From positions 1 to 33,579 of the forward strand of contig SUVT01000020.1 of assembly GCA_015061845.1 (NCBI GenBank): a DNA stretch of 33,579 bases, read 5' to 3'. Both the position numbers and the translations under genes were made by a program. Origin of the DNA: Lentisphaerota bacterium. Its GTDB lineage: Bacteria; Verrucomicrobiota; Lentisphaeria; Victivallales; UBA1829. Shown piece after piece: positions 30,559 through 33,579 of the stretch; the stretch's first letter is position 1, and each line of letters opens with the position of its first letter. A model generated the notes under the pieces. That model had not been told where the DNA came from and ran no database searches. It worked only from the letters and a program-made list of their open reading frames with translations.

Positions 30559-31256
30559 CGTTGAAATCTCATCCCTTCGTTAACTCTGTAAATCTCGTGA
30601 AAAAGTCTTTCGGAAAAGATCTCTCCGGGAGCCCCACTCTGATACAGAGAACCATCATTCAAAAACAGAGTTTCATCAAGATACTCTCTCGAAACAAAAA
30701 CATCATGCGTAACCATGATCACACACTTTCCCCCGTTTGCCAGCTCCTTGAGGATACCATAAAAATGATGCTGGTTTCCGATATCCAGAGAACTGAACGG
30801 TTCATCAAGCAGAAGGACAGGAGTATCCTGAACAAGAACCCGTGCCAGCATCACCCGCTGTTTTTCCCCGCCGCTCAAGGTGCTGTAAATCCGGTTCTGT
30901 AAAGGGATCAGATTCAACCGTTCCAGAATCGGCTCGATAGAAAAAGATTTTCCGGATTTCCGCCATGGGTAACGTCCCAGCTCCACAACATCCCGAACCG
31001 TAAGAGGGATCAACTCCGGACATTGCTGCTCCATGAAACCAATCATCCGCGCCCGCTCTTCTGCTGTTTTATAACAGGGAAAAACCGTTCCGCTTTCCGG
31101 TTTGAGTTCCCCGGTGATCAGCCTCAGCAATGTGCTTTTTCCACTGCCGTTTGCACCGAAAACCCCATAGAACTTTCCGGCAGAGAATTGATAACTGAAC
31201 TCTTTCAGGACAGAAGTTTTGCCGTAAGAAAATTGAATATTCTTCAACTCAATCAT
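30555..31256 (-). CDS. ABC importer ATP-binding protein (FecE/FepC/BtuD family)
   Basis: Walker A GANGSGKST, signature LSGGEKQR, Walker B LLLDEPFSSLD, TVRDVVELGRYP typical of iron-chelate/B12 ATPases. The start MIELKNIQF at 31256 overlaps the permease stop, so the longer track ORF reaching 31304 is unlikely. Confidence 0.8.
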   Translation of the reverse strand: MIELKNIQFSYGKTSVLKEFSYQFSAGKFYGVFGANGSGKSTLLRLITGELKPESGTVFPCYKTAEERARMIGFMEQQCPELIPLTVRDVVELGRYPWRKSGKSFSIEPILERLNLIPLQNRIYSTLSGGEKQRVMLARVLVQDTPVLLLDEPFSSLDIGNQHHFYGILKELANGGKCVIMVTHDVFVSREYLDETLFLNDGSLYQSGAPGEIFSERLFHEIYRVNEGMRFQR

Positions 31257-32205
31257 GATGTTTCCTCCGGCGCAAAAGCAGAATAAAGAAGAAAGGTCCG
31301 CCAAAAGCAGAAGTCAGAATTCCAACCGGGATCTCGTGGGGAACATAAATCATTCTTGCCAGAAGATCCGCCAGCAAAAGAAATATTCCGCCGACCAGAA
31401 TCGAAGCCGGAAGAACAGAAGAGAATTTTGACCCGGAAAAACTGCGGACAATATGAGGAACTGCCAAGCCGATAAAACCGATCACGCCGCAGCAGCTGAC
31501 ACAGCTTGCAGTCATCAATGCAATCGCTGTCAGAACGATTGGTTTTACCTTTTTCAAAGGAACACCCGAAAGAGCTGCTCCGCGGTCGCCCAGTAGAAGC
31601 ATATCCATTTCCGTTGAAAATGCGCTGAGAAGACATATTCCTGCCGCAAACGAACAACTGAGCAGAATCACATCGTTCCACCCGGCCCGCCAGAACCCGC
31701 CAAGCATCCAGAAAACAATCGAGGAAAGTCTCTCGTCTGCCAGATAAAGAACGCCGGAAGTCAGCGATGCGGCAAACGCATTCACGGCAACACCGGCAAG
31801 CAGTAATGCTGCACTGTCCCATGCTAAACGTCTGCCCGGAAGAAATATCAAAAGCAATGCGAAAATTGCAAAGAGGAAAGAAAAAATGACAGACGGGATC
31901 GGAAGAAACATTCCGAAAACTGCGCCCAGAGCTGCGGCATAAATCACGCCGAGAACATGAGGAGATGCCAAATCATTCCGGAACAGATTCTGGGCGGCAG
32001 CACCTGATGCGGCAAGCATACCGCCGGTCAGAAATGCTGCGAGCAGACGGGGTAAACGGATCTCCAAAAGAATGGTACGCGCAGATTCCGGTACATCTTG
32101 TCCGGAAAGCAGACGGAACAGGTCGGAATATCCGCACTCCCCTGCCCCTGCTCCCCAGAGCAGGATAAAAAACGGAACGATTGCGATGTACCAGAAATAT
32201 TTCAC
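31249..32205 (-). CDS. FecCD-family ABC permease (BtuC/FepD-like)
   Basis: 318 aa with about 9 TM helices. EIRLPRLLAAFLTGGMLAASGAAAQNLFRN and LTSAFGGPFFFILLLRR are the FecCD hallmark motifs. Confidence 0.8.
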   Translation of the reverse strand: MKYFWYIAIVPFFILLWGAGAGECGYSDLFRLLSGQDVPESARTILLEIRLPRLLAAFLTGGMLAASGAAAQNLFRNDLASPHVLGVIYAAALGAVFGMFLPIPSVIFSFLFAIFALLLIFLPGRRLAWDSAALLLAGVAVNAFAASLTSGVLYLADERLSSIVFWMLGGFWRAGWNDVILLSCSFAAGICLLSAFSTEMDMLLLGDRGAALSGVPLKKVKPIVLTAIALMTASCVSCCGVIGFIGLAVPHIVRSFSGSKFSSVLPASILVGGIFLLLADLLARMIYVPHEIPVGILTSAFGGPFFFILLLRRRKHHD

Positions 32206-32206
32206 G

Positions 32207-32941
32207 TTACACTCCGGCTATGATCTCAACATTGAAACGGTCATCCCGTGCGGTCAAATCCAATGCTTCTTCTGAGGTAAGATGGGATGCTCCGACTTTT
32301 GTCATATAACTGAGACACAACGCTTTGGCTTGTTCCATCTGCTCCACCGTCGGACGCTGATAATCCAATCCGGGAACCGGAATATACCCCATAATGTGAA
32401 ACGGAATATTTTTATCCAGAGACGAGAGATATTTCAGCACGCCTTCCATTTCATCAAGTTCAATCAAGCCGGGGATATAGATCATGCTTGCAGAGAGTTC
32501 CATTCCGGCATCAAAAGCTCTGGAAAAATTATCAAAAATCAATGATTTCGGACGTCCGGTCAGCTTCAGATGCAATTCATCGCTCCATGCTTTGAAGCCG
32601 ATATTTGCGGCATCCAGAAAGGGGATCTGCAAGTTGCTTCCGTTCGTATGACCGAGTTTTGTGTATGCTCCAAGTTCATTTTTTGCGAAGTCGACCATTT
32701 CCTGAAGTTCTTTTGCAACGGTCGGTTCGCCACCCATAAAATAAACTTTTCCGGGTTTGGCATCCAGCAAAGCTGTTTTTTGTTCCTCAACACTCAAAAA
32801 ACGTTCCGGCTTCGGATATGCAAAACCGCTTTTCCCTCCGCGCAATTTATAGCTGCAGAACGGACAATGGAAGGTACATCCCCAGTTGTGGAGAGTGGCG
32901 AAATCATATTTTTTATTCCGGGTGATCCGATAAAAGGACAT
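32207..32941 (-). CDS. small radical SAM protein of unknown function
   Basis: CTFHCPFC (CxxxCxxC) at residues 22-29, then GGEPT. 244 aa. Lies between the binding-protein and permease genes with gaps of 1-2 nt. Confidence 0.65.
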   Translation of the reverse strand: MSFYRITRNKKYDFATLHNWGCTFHCPFCSYKLRGGKSGFAYPKPERFLSVEEQKTALLDAKPGKVYFMGGEPTVAKELQEMVDFAKNELGAYTKLGHTNGSNLQIPFLDAANIGFKAWSDELHLKLTGRPKSLIFDNFSRAFDAGMELSASMIYIPGLIELDEMEGVLKYLSSLDKNIPFHIMGYIPVPGLDYQRPTVEQMEQAKALCLSYMTKVGASHLTSEEALDLTARDDRFNVEIIAGV

Positions 32942-32943
32942 TC

Positions 32944-33579
32944 TTATTTCTCCCTGATAATTTGTTCTCTGAAAAATCTGATTGCTTCCAGCGGTTCGAT
33001 GCCTTCTGTGATCAAACGGCGGGGGACTGCGTGGATCCTGTTATTTTTTACCGCCGGAAACTCTGAAAAGCCCGGACGGTTCCGGATCTCTTCTGCAGAA
33101 GAACTGCCTTCAACATAAAAAATGATCTCCGGCTGATGTTCCAACAGACTTTCTGTACTGATCAAACCGGTCTTTTTATTCAAAACAACACCGCCCGCAT
33201 GAGCAAGCAAATCTCCTGTATAACTCTCTTCACCAACAGATTTCAACGGACCGTAAAGTTCAAAATAAACAGCCTTTTTCTTTTCCGGTTTCGGGATCGC
33301 CGACAGTTCTTTCCGGAATACGGCGCAAAGTTCCTCTGCTCGCTCTTTTTTTCCAGTCAAATCCCCCAGACGGCGAACCAGTGCGGGATAATCCCGGAGA
33401 CGGAAAGGCTGAACTTCCATAACTTGAATTCCTTTCCTGCGAAAATCCTGTGCGGCATCCTGCTGATAAGTCCACAAAATAACGCAATCAATGCCAAGTG
33501 CTGCAATTTTTTCTCTGGAAACTGCGCTTCCTTTTCCAATGACTGCTGGTTCCGGCTTTCCGGCGGCAATTCTTCCATA
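32944..33579 (-). CDS. periplasmic substrate-binding protein of chelate/cobalamin ABC importers (BtuF/FepB cluster A), N-terminus off the window edge
   Basis: Manual translation continues upstream of the track's TTG: ...GRIAAGKPEPAVIGKGSAVSREKIAALGIDCVILWTYQQDAAQDFRRKGIQVMEVQPF...LTGKKERAEEL... This matches the BtuF pattern (PDLVL...G..V.........L..LTG...A). No stop before the window end. Confidence 0.6.
   Translation of the reverse strand, partial: YGRIAAGKPEPAVIGKGSAVSREKIAALGIDCVILWTYQQDAAQDFRRKGIQVMEVQPFRLRDYPALVRRLGDLTGKKERAEELCAVFRKELSAIPKPEKKKAVYFELYGPLKSVGEESYTGDLLAHAGGVVLNKKTGLISTESLLEHQPEIIFYVEGSSSAEEIRNRPGFSEFPAVKNNRIHAVPRRLITEGIEPLEAIRFFREQIIREK

Noticed and set aside
30555-31304. 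Longer 249-aa version of the importer ATPase
   Set aside because: The extra 16 N-terminal residues (MADLSSLFCFCAGGNI) precede the conserved MIELKNIQF start and would overlap the permease by 56 nt. The Met at 31256 gives the canonical 8-nt overlap.

Overview
The window is a densely coded, single-genome-looking bacterial chromosomal segment of about 47% GC. It has long co-directional operons, mostly on the minus strand, and no tRNA or rRNA genes, CRISPR arrays or obvious mobile elements.

Plus strand, left to right:
- A secreted basic hypothetical protein.
- A flotillin (SPFH) gene with its own terminator.
- An operon of a neutral-ceramidase-like hydrolase, a GH2 beta-galactosidase, RNase HIII and a membrane metallophosphoesterase.
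- A partial NAD kinase at the left edge, on the minus strand.

Minus strand, 9.9-20.4 kb, an apparent seven-gene operon:
- A polytopic membrane protein with a C-terminal SPFH domain.
- An HflC-like SPFH protein carrying a His/Cys-rich N-terminal tag.
- An HflK-like SPFH protein.
- A CPC-type P1B heavy-metal ATPase whose N-terminus carries the same tag.
- An ABC ATPase with an acidic Pro/Glu-rich tail.
- An ABC-2 permease with a large extracytoplasmic loop.
- A membrane-anchored 522-aa helical protein.

Minus strand, 20.5-27.0 kb, a second ABC-2 system:
- An ABC ATPase.
- A fused GldF-like permease/GldG-like protein.
- A DUF4340-like protein.
- TrmB, overlapping the previous gene.
- A nitronate monooxygenase/FabK-family oxidoreductase gene immediately upstream.

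Right end:
- An ECF sigma factor, probably TTG-initiated, convergent with and overlapping by 70 bp a 965-aa Ser/Thr kinase.
- The kinase has a transmembrane segment, a coiled coil, a cysteine-less FGE-sulfatase-like domain and two C-type-lectin-like domains.
- The kinase gene is translationally coupled to the end of an upstream BtuCDF/Fec-type ABC importer operon that has a small radical SAM gene inserted.

The most unusual content is the SPFH-triplet plus metal-ATPase operon with its shared His/Cys N-terminal motif, and the ECF-sigma / kinase-FGE-lectin module fused transcriptionally to a chelate importer. The domain architecture suggests a PVC-superphylum-like or anaerobic gut bacterium, but this is a low-confidence inference.
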